This document shows positions 43,782-57,861 of a stretch of DNA of 64,000 nucleotides, piece after piece. Within the stretch, counting starts at the first letter, position 1. The number at the start of each line of letters is the position of its first letter. The notes under the pieces were generated by a model that was not told the origin of the DNA, did not search any database, and saw nothing but the letters and a program-made list of their open reading frames with translations. The DNA lies in assembly GCA_012295275.1 (NCBI GenBank), contig CM022677.1, positions 22,630,001 through 22,694,000 on the forward strand, read 5' to 3'. The translations under genes and the position numbers were made by a program. This DNA is from Chrysomallon squamiferum (Eukaryota > Animalia > Mollusca).

Positions 43782-44637
43782 ATTTTGTTATTTTTAAAGA
43801 GTCTATTTCAAACAATGTGATGTGACTTTATGTATAGACCTTCACATACCGCTGTGTAATCCATAAAGTTCAATAAAATATTTACATTGTTGTTATGTCA
43901 TTTAAATTTGTTTCTTTTAAACTTGTGACTGTTTCTCTGTACAACGTAATTAAGGTATATCATAACGAATTAATATGAATATTAACAAAAAATATAAGCA
44001 TACATTTTCATTTAATATATTTTAGCATGTTTATACATCGATGATACAGATGTCTTGGGTGAGAGTACCTAGCATACTGGAAATGTTTGTCTTTCTTTTT
44101 TCTTCTTCTTTTTCTCCTTATTATTATTTTTCATGTGACGCATTTTATAAGTTTTTCTCCTCACGGATATTAAGGATTTTGTTTGTTTCGCCTCCTTCAT
44201 TAATACGCAGGAGAACGAAATTAATTATTGCACGTCAGTAAACAAATAAAATATATTCTTCTTCTTATTATTATTATTATATATTGAATATAAGTTATTT
44301 TTAAGATAAAATCAATGTGAATAACAACCCCAGAACAAGTTTCCGGCTAAGAAATAAATCAGAAGAATTACCCGATGCTTTAACAATGAGGCTTGAAGAA
44401 CAGTTGGATACCTCGATACAGATTCATAGACGCGTGTTTTATATCCGGGCGTTAGAGATTTTGTTCCTTCATTTCTTTGTTGTGCAGTTTGAACAGGGAA
44501 CTGGTTCACAGTCAGTCACGTGGAGGAGGGGCTCGGGACCAGTAAAACGAGCTTTGAAGAAACTGAGGTTGTTCCAGTCTCGTCAGCGACATCTAACAGG
44601 GCTTGTGAGATCGCGACTGGAAAACTGTGCAGAGTCA

Positions 44638-45097
44638 AACCATGAACTGCAACAAACAGTGTCACGAGATCTACAAATAAACCATGAACTGCAATAAACA
44701 GTGTCACGAGATCCACAAATAAACCATGAACTGCAATAAACAGTGTCACGAGATCCTCAAATAAACCATGAAATGCAATAAACAGTGTCACGAGATCCTC
44801 AAATAAACCATGAACTACAATAAACAGTGTCACGAGATCCACAAATAAACCATGAACCACAATAAACAGTGTCACGAGATCCTGAAATAAACCATGAACT
44901 GCAACAAACAGTGTCACGAGATCCTGAAATAAACCATGAACCACAATAAACAGTGTCACGAGATCCACAAATAAACCATGAACTGCAATAAACAGTGTCA
45001 CGAGATCATGAAATAAACCATGAACTGCAATAAACAGTGTCACGAGATCATGAAATAAACCATCAACTGTAATAAACAGTGTCACGAGATCCTGAAA
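44638..45097 (+). repeat. 42-bp minisatellite (catgaactgcaataaacagtgtcacgagatccacaaataaac), about 11 copies
   Basis: Visible tandem units. A degenerate single-unit homolog with the same 3' flank is near 28290. Confidence 0.93.
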
Positions 45098-45389
45098 TAT
45101 TTTAAATTCACTTTTTTAAAAATTTCTTAATTTAACATTGTCCTTACTAAGTAAAGTTTATAAGTCCCATATTTAAATTACATTCATATCCGCTCCTAAG
45201 ATTTGAACCTACAACAATGGAGTATAATAATGAAAGTAGTCAGAAGCAGACTACTGAAAGAAAGAACCATAACTCAGAGAATCGTAATTCAAAGGGACAT
45301 TACTCTAACGTAAACTAAACAAAATTAATATATCAAGACTATATTTTAACATATTTAACAATATGCACACATCCATGAAATAGTTTTTA

Positions 45390-45438
<49 letters not shown>

Positions 45439-45564
45439 CATAATCATAATCATAATCATAATCATAATCATAATTCCGGTTCGTGGAGCTAACCTAAATT
45501 CATACTAAAACAAATTTGTATAAATTTCTATTTGTTAACATACCTTTCATTAAGTAATCTCTCT

Positions 45565-45775
45565 CATGACTAAGCCGTATTTTCTGTTTGAATGTGTGAA
45601 TTAGACAAAATGTGAAAATATATTATTAAGTGTTATGTTTACTAAAAGTAGACAAATATATGCAAACTGGATGTATAATTATAACAAATGTAAATTTAAT
45701 GAATTTTATTTTTGTACTTTAATTCACGATCTAAAAATTGTCAAGATAGCTGATCAGATTTATTTAGTGTTGCTG

Positions 45776-45865
<90 letters not shown>
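45565..45865 (+). repeat. Inverted duplicate of 22465-22750
   Basis: Reverse-complement match; the same spurious ORF MFTKSRQIYANW appears on opposite strands at the two sites. Confidence 0.9.
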
Positions 45866-45869
<4 letters not shown>

Positions 45870-46261
45870 CACTTCACCAGTTAAAAACAGAAAATACCTG
45901 TTTGTTTTAGTTTAAGTGAATTTCAGTGTTAATAATATGTTGTTGTTGTTGTTATTATTATTATTAGATTTCATGTGTACGTGAGAAGAAACATGTTCAC
46001 TTTCTTCACTGCATTTCACACTTTGTGTTTATTTATTTTCTTCTTATTCATAAACTTTACAAAGACTTGACAATCGCTGTACTGAAGTTTAGAATTTTCT
46101 TTTCCATTCAGATACGATTTATTCACTTACAACTAAACAAACGTCGCAGATTTCATTTTGTCATGTTCACCTTTTCTTCCCTGTCCCGCTCTCCTTACGT
46201 TATATTTACTAAATAATAATAATAATAATAATAATAAATGAAAAGAACTTTAAAAAAACAA

Positions 46262-46293
<32 letters not shown>

Positions 46294-46651
46294 GTACGCA
46301 TAGATATAGATATATATTTCAAATTAACATAAAGAATGGAAGAAAGAATAATTTAATTAAACATAAAGGAAAGTAATGCATTGTAACAAAAAACATAAAA
46401 CAAAACAATTATGTTATGCACATTTTTCAAGTATTAATATTTTCTTCCTCTATAAACGTGTGTGTAAACGTCACGACATGATGTAGATATACAGAGTCTG
46501 AAGCTGTAGACTATTAACATGATTATTATAAACTTTAATATAAAATTAAATGTTACATCGGGAAATAAATTTGATTACATGAACAGGAGAAAATAGCATT
46601 TACTCATATAGATTTGTAACACAGTTTGTGCTTATGTTAGTTTATATTATT

Positions 46652-46751
<100 letters not shown>

Positions 46752-47253
46752 ATAAAAAAATATATATAAAAACAAATATATAAACGATTAACTAAATAAT
46801 TATATAAATAACCTTGAACATTCAAACATAGACCGCCATTGTTATGAACAGCTAAAGTAATTAAGCATGTGCTAAAAAGAAATACATAGAAAGCAGTTAT
46901 GAATTTTTATTGATAAATGTTACCATTCCGAAATACTGCAGATAAAGAGGCTCATGTAATGATTAACTATTAGATCGGGAAATAAATATAATTACAGGGA
47001 GAGAAAATTCTAACATTTATTCATATAGATTTGTTACAGTTTGTGATTATGTTAGGTTATGTTATGTCCTACTATCTGCCTATCTCGCAAACACTAGAAA
47101 TAAAAATAAATAAATTAAAATATCGATAAAAAAGAAACAGAAACAAAATCGTATGATAAATATGTGTATGAAAATCTGAGCGTAGAGCTGGACATAGTGT
47201 TTGTGAGCGGCTGTTTCTGTGAGTCCCTCTGTGTGTGTGTGTGTGTTTCTGTG

Positions 47254-47388
<135 letters not shown>

Positions 47389-48302
47389 GCTACAGAAACA
47401 CACAGATACATCATTTGATCAAAGATCCTAATGTTTTTTTAGATTTGTAAATAAAATTAATTACAATAATAAATGTCATTAAATTTGTGTTTGTTACACG
47501 TGTACTTGAAGTTTACGTGTACTTGTAACAGTGGGTTACTTTTAAAAGTTCAGATACCAGCCAGTTCACTATTCAAGTTTAAACAAGATTTATTTTTCTT
47601 TCCTTCTACAAACCTGAATGTGCCCATTATAGTATACATGTGATACATTGTGACTAATGCTTTTAAATTCAGTTTATGTACACAAATTATACTGTTTTTA
47701 TTTTAGTGCCGTTGGCTTCAAATGAAACTTTAACGTCGTTCTTCTCAAAAGACATTTAGTGAGATATGATCTCTGACACTAAAACATAATCTTGTCTTTC
47801 TCTATATTTACATGTTTCACAAAGACTCGACAACAGCCATATTCAACTTTCAAATCTTCTTTTCTATTCAGAGCCGCCACGCCCTTTCCTACTCACAACT
47901 GAACAGCCATCTATGGCGAGGTTTTGACTTCTACTTTACATAGCTGATATTATATTTAAGAAATAAGAAAGTGAAATAAAATTAAATTAAAAAAATATAA
48001 AAGAAAAATATATGTATAAATAATTATATAAATAACCTTTAACATTGATAGAAACAAAACGTCGTTATTTCTATCTCAGAAATGAATTGAACGTAAATTG
48101 AATTAGAGTATTTAGAAAACAATAAATGTATTGATTAACGTTACTATTATGTAGACCTGTATATAAACAGAGTATCAAACAGACACGCATCATCACCATT
48201 ATAACACAGACTGATGCAATAATTAAGGGTTAGATCGGGAAATAAATTTAATTTCAGGACAGAAATAATAATATTTATTCATATATAATATTCACATTTT
48301 GT

Positions 48303-48395
<93 letters not shown>

Positions 48396-48947
48396 TACAT
48401 CAATATTAAATTATCGTGAAAAATAAAATTACTATAACAAATTTCATTAATTTTACCTTTGTTATAACTGTAGCTATTATTTAAATATGTTTGTGATATT
48501 TTATTACTTTAAAAAAATCATATACCCGCCAATTCAGTACTCAAGTTTAAACAAGATTTGCTTTTGATGGTGAGATGTAAAGATGTATTACCTTTCTCTG
48601 TTCCTTTACAAACCTTGCTGTGTTTAGTGTTACATTACGTTTGACAGATCTTGACAAATGTTGTTAAAACTTAATTAAGTTACATAAATTGTACTCAGTA
48701 CTTCAGGGTGTTTATTTATGTAACTGACCGATTTCATACATAACGTCATGTTACATATTTATGAAACTAAATATCTATATGCATGTGAATGTGACAGTGT
48801 GCGTTTGTCCGTGTTTGTCTGATTTCAAATTAGACTGTGCAGTGAACAGATAAAAAAAAGAAAACAGGAAGAAAAGTCGCTGATTAAAAAATAAACTTGT
48901 CATTGACACAAGCAAACTAATAAAAAAAAATAGCATTACAATATGTT

Positions 48948-48998
<51 letters not shown>

Positions 48999-49056
48999 CA
49001 TACGCCTTGTATAATTTATTTTTAGACAGAAAATATAAAGCTATATAATATACACA

Positions 49057-49120
<64 letters not shown>

Positions 49121-49787
49121 CATTATTACGATGTGTACGTGACTAGAAGCTCACACTGTTTTTTGTTTTATTATTATTCGTACAGTTTATTTATATATCT
49201 GTTAAAAAGACACGATACCCACCAGTTCACTCTACAAGTCTGAACAAGATTTGTTTTTGGTGGGAAAAATGTACTGTTTTTCTCTGTCCTTCTACAAACC
49301 AGTTGCTGTGTCTATTATAACTACAAGTGTGATAGACTGTGACAAACATTTTATAAAATTAATTTACCCTCATAAATTATACTAAGTTAATGATATATAC
49401 CAAAGAAAGGTAACGTCTTTGTCAAAACATACGCACACACACGAACCCACACAGAGAAAGATTAAAAACAAAAACCTTAGGTAACTGCAACATGTGTTAA
49501 ATTGAAATACTTTGAAAACAATTATGTATATTTTTACCTGATTAATGTAAACATATCGTAATGTGGTAAACAGATTACAAAACTGCTGTACTTATAACAA
49601 TATTTGATAATCAGTAATTAAGTGTTAGATTGGGAAATAAATGTAATTACATCGTCTGAGAATAATAAAATTTACTCAATTAGATTATATACTCAGTTTG
49701 AGTTTATGCTATATTGTCTTCTATTTCCATTTATTTCTTCTGTTTGCTTGAAAATACAGATTATTTATCTATATTATTATTATTATT

Positions 49788-49825
<38 letters not shown>

Positions 49826-50299
49826 GCAACTGACTGATTCACAACAGTCACAGAGGAGGCTTCAGTGTTTTTTAGGACGGTGAAGAAAACGATATTTTTT
49901 GTTTAATTTTGTTTTGTTTTGATTATGTATTTACTTATTTATTTATTTATTTAGTTAGTTAGTTAGTTAGTTAGTTACATGTTCGATTCGATTTAACACT
50001 TTCTAACCTATAAGCAGAGTCAAAAATAAGTATTGTGACGACAATAATACTTTACGATACAAATCACTTACATACACGTGAATTTTAACAAGAATAGTAA
50101 CAACGTTTCAATTATCATAATGATATATATTTATATTTATATTTATACATAGGTAGAGTCGTCTGTCAAAACCGGTTTCTGCGCACACTCACTTTCAGTC
50201 TCAAATCGAAACTGGTGACGCATACAGGAACAATCTTTTCAAGTGTTAAATTTTTCATTTCTTATGCAAAAGGTAAGACAATTTATTATTATTATTATA

Positions 50300-50335
<36 letters not shown>

Positions 50336-51329
50336 TATTATTATTGTTATTATTATTATCTAAGATGTTTTGAAATAAAAGTGTGTATTTTCGGTTATGC
50401 ACTTAACAAAATTTATATACATATTCTGTGGATAGTTCGGAATGGTGTGGATCAGTTAGAGATAATGTTTGACGAAGGGTTGTAGTATTTATTTTTCTAG
50501 AGTCAGTTTCTGTTGTTAGTTTTATCAAATGTCGTGGAATGTGGCCATTGACGAAAAGGTACCCGCGTCATTTCGTCAAAAGGTTTCTTTTCTTCCATTA
50601 ACTCTAAGGCCTAACTCCATACGTACTGAATCTAGAAAACTTCAGATGTAAAATGTGTTGAGTTCGACGTAAATCAAATAGTTTGTCCTTCTCATAGAGA
50701 AGCAACGTCATTTGTTTACTATAAAAGCTTTGAGACGCAAAATTTAAAAAATTACTACATTGACGACATGTACTTCGATGAATCTCAGTTTCTTTCATTG
50801 TAAACGTTCCAGTGAGACTGATCAAATGTCTGCTTAAAAAAATATGTTGTAGTCTGAGAAACTACCTTGTTGTACTCATGATATGACAACTTTTTAGATT
50901 TTATTTCCTATTATTTATTTATTTATTATCTTATTTATTCATTCATTCTTTGGTTCATTTATTCATGCATTCATTTGTTAATTAATTAATATTTTATAAT
51001 TATTTATTTATTTTCAAACATTTTCTTCATATATTTATTGAAACTGACCTTTTTTTTTTTTTTTTTTTAATTTCCATTTCTTTTCCATAATACAAATACA
51101 AATTATGACGTCATAAATTTAAACTTAAGATGTTATTTACTGACGCTAATATTTAATTTATTTTTAATACTACTATTACTACTACTAATAACTATAATAA
51201 CAACAACACAAACAATAATAAATAAATCGGAGATTGACTAATTTATTTAATAAATAATTATATTATTGATATAGTTATTGTTGTTGTTCTTCTTCTTCTC
51301 CTTCTTGTACTTCTTCTTCTTCTTCTTAA

Positions 51330-51404
<75 letters not shown>

Positions 51405-51544
51405 CAGGTGACTAAAAGCATACGTTCACTTTGTGTCCTGTTTTTCACTGCCATTGATTATTTCTTATAAAAATAATCGATAATCGACTGTTGCTATTAA
51501 AGTTTTATTTTGATCTGCTGTTGGCTTCGAAGTATTATCCTCCT

Positions 51545-51887
51545 GTGTTGTGCCAGGCAGCTGTATGTCGACTGTTCCTATATCAATGATCTATGTTGTG
51601 CCAGGCAGCTGTATGTCGACTGTTCCTATATCAGTGATCTATGTTGTGCCAGGCAGCTGTATGTCGACTGTTCCTGTATCAGTGATCTATGTTGTGCCAG
51701 GCAGCTGTATGTCGACTGTTCCTGTATCAGTGATCTATGTTGTGCCAGGCAGCTGTATGTCGACTGTTCCTGTATCAGTGATCTATGTTGTGCCAGGCAG
51801 CTGTATGTCGACTGTTCCTATATCAGTGATCTATGTTGTGCCAGGCAGCTGTATGTCGACTGTTCCTATATCAGTGATCTATGTTGG
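51545..51887 (+). repeat. 48-bp minisatellite (tgttgtgccaggcagctgtatgtcgactgttcctatatcagtgatcta), about 7 copies
   Basis: Visible tandem units. Confidence 0.93.
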
Positions 51888-52489
51888 GTAACATTTTACA
51901 AAAATTAATTAATCTGCACAAATTACAGCATAATTATCTTTCTTTCTATTTTTTATTTTTTCACATTAATATTTTAAGTGTTGTGTAAAAGATGAGAAAC
52001 CTTAAACGATTTTATTCTCAAAAGAGAAATATTTTTTGTTTGTCAGTATCTATTGTATGTGTATATGTATGTATCAGGCTCGAAATGGCCAGTTGTCGGG
52101 TCACAAAATTCCATTTTACCGACTGGGATGTTAAAATTGTGTTGGATTAATGAATATAGGAGTGTTCTTTGAATTGATTTCTTTGATTGGCTGGTTAATT
52201 TGGTGTCTATCCAAAAGACTAATGAAATTAATTGTTGCCATTTTTAATGCAATAACGACCATGGTGTCACATTTTCCTTCCCTTAAAAGCTAAAATATGA
52301 ATATTTTTTGTTTCGGCTTCCAAAAACAAGTTTTTTTAAAAATGATTATTTAGTGGCGAAAATTTGCTTTTGGACCGCATTGCGTTTCATTAGATTTGTT
52401 TTACTTTTAAATTATTTACAGATTTTATTTTTGTTTTGTTTTTTAGATTTTCACAAAGGCTGCTACTCTATAAAGAATGATACTTGTAT

Positions 52490-53770
52490 CTACTGTAATT
52501 GACATCTACTGACCATCATGGCTGACTCTGGTAAAAGATCATTTGATGTGTTTTCATCATAGCAGTCTTCTGGTGATTATAAAAAGGAAATAATTAACAC
52601 TTGTCATTCTAATTAGCTCATCATTAAAAAAATATACTTTTTAAACAAACATTTCATATTTAACTCAAATTTACCACAAAAATATTTACAAATTACTTTT
52701 TACTGAACACAGAATACTTTTTGTTAAAAAGTCATTGATTTGTGTTTTATAACATCTTTCAGTTGATGCTGGAAGTAGACACACTACACATGCTGACACA
52801 GATCAAAACAATGTTAACGAGACACAACAAAATGGTATATTTTCTTTCCCTTTTTCTTTTGTTTCTTTATAAACATATACAGTCGTCTAATTATGTGATG
52901 TGCACTAAAATCCTAATACAATTATTGCTAAAATATAACTAATATCACTATATGAATCATTACTGTATTTGATATCCACTGACCATGATGGCTGATTCTG
53001 GTATAGCATCATTTGCTGTGTTTTCATCTTATCAGTTTTCTGGTGGTATAATAAATGATTAACACTTGTCATTCTAATTAGCTCATCATTTAAAAATATA
53101 CTTTTTGAACAAACATTTCATATTTAACTTAAATTTACCACAAAAATATTTACAAATTACTTTTTCCTGAACAGAGAATTATTTTCGTTTATAAAGTCAT
53201 TGCTTTGTGTTTTATAACATCTTTCAGTTGATGCTGGAAGTAGACACACTACACATGCTGACACAGATCAAAAGAAAGTTAAGCAGACACAACAAGATGG
53301 TATATTTTCTTTTCCTTTTTCTTTTGTTTCTTTATAAATCTATATCGTTGTCTAATTATGTGATGTGTACTAAAATTTAAATACTATTGTTGCTAAAATG
53401 TAACTAATATCACTATATGAATCATTACTGTATTTCATATCCACTGACCATCATGGCTGATTCTGGTAAAATATCATTTCATGTGTTTTCATCATAGCAG
53501 TCTTCTGGTGGTTATAAAAAGGAAATAATTAACACTTGTCATTATAATTAGCTTATCATTAATAATTATACTTTTACAAATTAAATATTGGCTTTCTAAA
53601 GTTATTGATTTTTGTTTGATATGACGTTTCAGTTGATGCTGGAAGTGAATATACCAGACATGCTGAGACAGTTGAAAACAATATTCAGAAAATAGAACAA
53701 AATGGTATATGTTCTTTCTTTCTTTCTACATATATATATATTCAAATAACATTGTTCCTAAAATGTGATA
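52490..53770 (+). repeat. Triplicated ~465-bp unit containing the start mini-exon and a 72-nt symmetric exon of the syntaxin-like gene
   Basis: atggctga(c/t)tctggta and tttcagttgatgctggaagt each occur three times. Confidence 0.9.
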
Positions 53771-56700
53771 AAAACTCAGTTTATGAATTATTAAATGAAC
53801 CACGTTCTAACGTGAATTAAGACATTATTTAAAGAATTTCTGAATGGTTTACTAATTTTATAATTTCAGTGACTCAGATTAAGAATCTGGTTTCTCAGAT
53901 AGGTACAAGTGAAGATTGTGAAGACATCAGGGACAGAGTGTAGGTGTTTTGTAGTTTATCTTCACTGTTACTTTATCTTGTATTACAGTGATCTTCATTA
54001 TTACACAATGTAAGTGTAATCATGTAAAATAATATGTGTGTACGTGTGTGTCTGTCTGTGTGTGTGTCTGTGTGTGTGTGTCTGTGTGTGTGTGTGTCTG
54101 TGTGTGTGTATGTGTGTGTCTGTGTGTAAGTGTTTTGTAGCTTATCTTCACTGTTACTTTGTCTTGTATTACAGAGATCTTCATTATTACACTATGTAAG
54201 TGAAACTTTGTAAACTGATCCGTGTGTGTTTGTGTGTGACTATGTATGTGTGTGGGTGTAAGTGTTATGTATATTAGCTTCACTGTTACTTCTGTCTTGT
54301 ATTGAGGTGACTTAAATTATTACACAATGTAACTGAGAACTTTTAAAATGATATATGTGCAAGCATGCTTTAATTACACTATTTTATATGAAATGCTTTT
54401 ATGTACCTGCATTGTTGGCTTTATATTAGGAAATGCATCTCCCTTACTGAAAACAAATGAAAGAATGATTATTTCTTAAATTTATATAAATTATATTGAA
54501 TGTAACAGAGCATGCAGTGCCTTTATCATGGCATTATAGATATGTTAGAAAGACGAATATATATTTCCTACATTTAGTGAGTTCATAATTAAATTGTTGT
54601 CTTAGTAACTGACATATTTCTGTTACAAGTTGTTATAAAACTGTGTTTATGTTGCAGACATCAGACAACTGATTGTACTGTGCAGCTGGCTAAGGAAACA
54701 ATAAACAGTTTGAAGGATCTAGCACACCTACAGCCACCTACAGACCCGTCTGAAAAAGTAACACAGAACTTGCTTATTTCATTTGGGTTATAAAAATGTA
54801 TTTTTAAAATTAAATTATGTGCGGTGTTAATGTCAATAATCTAATTATCACTGGATTATTTTTTTCAGTAAACATTTTTTTGTTTTTTATCAGTTTATAA
54901 AATTATGAATAGAAAAAGGAAAATTTGATTGTTTTGTTGGGAGATAACGCCTTGGTTTATACTTAACTGTTAATTATTTGTTTAATATTCTGACTGAGAA
55001 TCCTTCTTTTGTTCCTTTTTTCTCCATAAAGATAAGAAATGTATATTTCATTCATCAAGCTATTTTTTTTTTCTTGCCTTGTTTTTAAAGTTTTTTATTT
55101 ATTTCATTTTTTGTTATTGTTTTTTCCTGTTACAGTTAGTGCGGAATGTGAAAAACCAAACATTAACAAAAGAATTCAGAGTCGTCTTGAACAATTTCCA
55201 AACCACTCAGCGCAGAGCAGCAGAAAAAGAAAAAATAAGCCTGATCCGTGCAAGAGCAGATGTAAATGTGGCAACACCAGGGTAAACTTTACAAACTTGT
55301 ATTTTGTTACAGATCGATGACTTTGAATGTGAAAATGCACCCAAACACACACATGGTATGATTTGAAACATATTTAGTATATAAATATTTTACAAGTTAA
55401 AACTTTATATTTTTGTTGACTTTAGTTTTACAGCTAACACATCTGTTTATTAAGTATGACATAGAAATCAAGGTGGATTGAAATTTATTTAAACTCATAT
55501 ATGTGTGTGCGTTTGTGTGTGTGTGTGTGCACATAATAATATGTTATTTTAAATTATTAATTATTTTTTTTGATGAAATCAGAACAAAATAGCAATTAGT
55601 TATTATCATCATTTTTCTTCCAGTGATTAAATACAGGCTTAATAAACTTTAATATTAGATGAATGGTTTAACGAAAATATAACAAGGAAAAATATAATAC
55701 AAATAAAGAAAAGAACAAAAAACATATTCAGCTCATGTTATCCATTTGTCTGCATAAATAATACTTGGTAACTGTAAAAATAATGAGGATGTAATAATTT
55801 TTTTTTTTACTTTTTCTTTAAATTTACGTTTTAGTGTTGCTCAAACCGAAGTTGTTCTTCAGATAGAAAAAGATGTGGATCTTGATACGCTGAGGAAGAG
55901 AGAGGAAGACATCAACAAACTCGAGGTCAGTTTTATTAATTTAAAATAAGCTAATAATTGTTGCATGATATATACTACTAGCGTAACGCATTTTAATCTG
56001 TTTGCTTTCATAATCTATTCGTTCAAGTTTCACCTCATAAATGTAATAAACAGAGTGGGGAAAAGAGTATGTTATTTAATTAATAAATAAATAAATAAGT
56101 AAATAAACAAACAAACAAACAAATAAATAAATAAATAAATAAAAAGATGAATGCCTCTAATTTTCAGAGTGATATCACTGAGGTATATGAAATACTTAAA
56201 GACTTAGGAATCTTGATACATGAAAAGTTTCCAGCTTTAGGTGAGTTATGATTTTATATTTTTATACAACACTGAAATAAATAAATCAATCAATAAATCA
56301 ATAAATGAATAAAAAAAATAATTAATTAATTAATTAAAACATTTCAGAAGAATGAGAACTTGAATGAAAGATAACACGTTTCTCTTAGTTTGTAAATCAC
56401 TGGAAATGTTCATGTCTGTGTAATTGATTTTATTTGCTATTTTGTTTGTTATGTAGAAGCTGAGGATGATACTTCACAGGTACGTAACGCTCAGAATTCC
56501 CAGGTTTGGCTCATTTATCTTCAAGAACGCTTGTTTCTCTTCCATAAAAACATAACTTCAAAATTACTTTAAAAAAAGAAAAAAATAAGTTGAAAACATT
56601 TCAGTATGACTGTTGTATTATTAGAATCTAATCTTTGCTAATAATAATATATGATTAAGTATGGATGCTGGTATTTACTCTTTTATTGTGACATAATTTT

Positions 56701-57090
56701 ATCATGACATAATTTTATCATTTATCGATATCAGTTTAATTTTTAACAGATTTTGTTCATATAATTTGACAGTAATTTTATTTATTATATATATATATAT
56801 ATTTTAAATTAAAAAGCAGATATATATATATAAAGAACATTTTTCTTAAATTCCTCTGTTCTTTTTCAATTTTAGTTTTTTATGTGTTTTCTCTCTTTTA
56901 TTTATTTAATCTTTCTGAGATGCTTGTTTTATTTTAGTTTTTTGTTGGCCGTTTGTTCACTCAATATTTTTCTTGTTTGCAGTCAGAAGAAAACTGTTGC
57001 ACGATATGTTGCTTAGGCTGCTGCAGTTTGCTGATTATTTGTGTGGTCATAGTCATATACGTTTTAATTAAATTTGCGAAAATAAGCTGA
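52518..57090 (+). CDS. Divergent syntaxin-7/12-like (endosomal Qa-SNARE family) protein, ~287 aa if all exons are used
   Basis: Phase-compatible GT-AG exons: 52518-52530, 52763-52834, 53228-53299, 53633-53704, 53870-53939, 54658-54757, 55136-55281, 55835-55925, 56168-56240, 56457-56503, 56983-57090. Habc-like NNIQKIEQNVTQIKNLVSQIGTSED, QLAKETINSLKDL and LNNFQTTQRRAAEKEK; SNARE-like DLDTLRKREEDINKLESDITEVYEILKDLGILIHEK; C-terminal TM LLIICVVIVIYVLI. Confidence 0.85.
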
Positions 57091-57806
57091 TTGTGTCTCT
57101 GATCATTTTAGGCGTCAGGGCGTTTAGCATCTTAGCAGAAAGGTACGCCAACCATTTTACTGACTTGTTCCGCTTATAATCGTTTTCTAATGCACAGAAT
57201 TTATATAAAACTGTGGGTTGTGGTAGTGGGATGGTACTGTCAACTCATTTTCTTTATAAGTAGCATTATTTCTACAATTTATTTCATTTAAATTTAATTT
57301 TAGATGCAGAACTAATATAATTATAAAAATTAAAAAGATATTGTATTATTATTATTATTTATTATTATTATTTTTTAAAAAGTTCATTTTTCTAATCAAT
57401 AGTTGCTACTGTTTTTAATTAGTGTTACAGAAAATCAAGTAATAAAAACACACGTACATAAAATTCAGAAGTCAACTTAATTTCAAGATTAGTTGTTTTC
57501 TGTGACCTCTGTTCTTGCAGTACCTCTTATTTACAAGAACTTTGCACTTTTTTTTCTTTCTTTCTTGTTCTCGAGCTCTATCAGTATCAGAATGGTTTCT
57601 GTTGATTTATTTATCTGTTATCTTCAGTATCATCTATTTGGTTAAATGATAGACTGGGATTCTCAGCTACAAATTTCTAAGCTGTTAAAAGCCTATATTT
57701 ATGTAATATACTTTTTAAACCACCTATTTATTTCATTGCTTTTCAAAGTTATAAATTATCATTCAGTTTCTTTCTAAATGTATTATTTAATTAAAATTTT
57801 TATGCC

Positions 57807-57861
<55 letters not shown>

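Noticed and set aside
44516-45097. CRISPR-like array, or 189-aa hydrophobic repeat protein
   Set aside because: Units are contiguous with no unique spacers, no cas genes, and a eukaryotic context. The ORF stays open only because 42 is a multiple of 3.
51510-51908. Cys-rich metallothionein-like repeat ORF (LCCARQLYVDCSYISD)n
   Set aside because: It lies within a 48-bp minisatellite, starts at a non-ATG codon, two frames are equally open, and no gene structure supports it.
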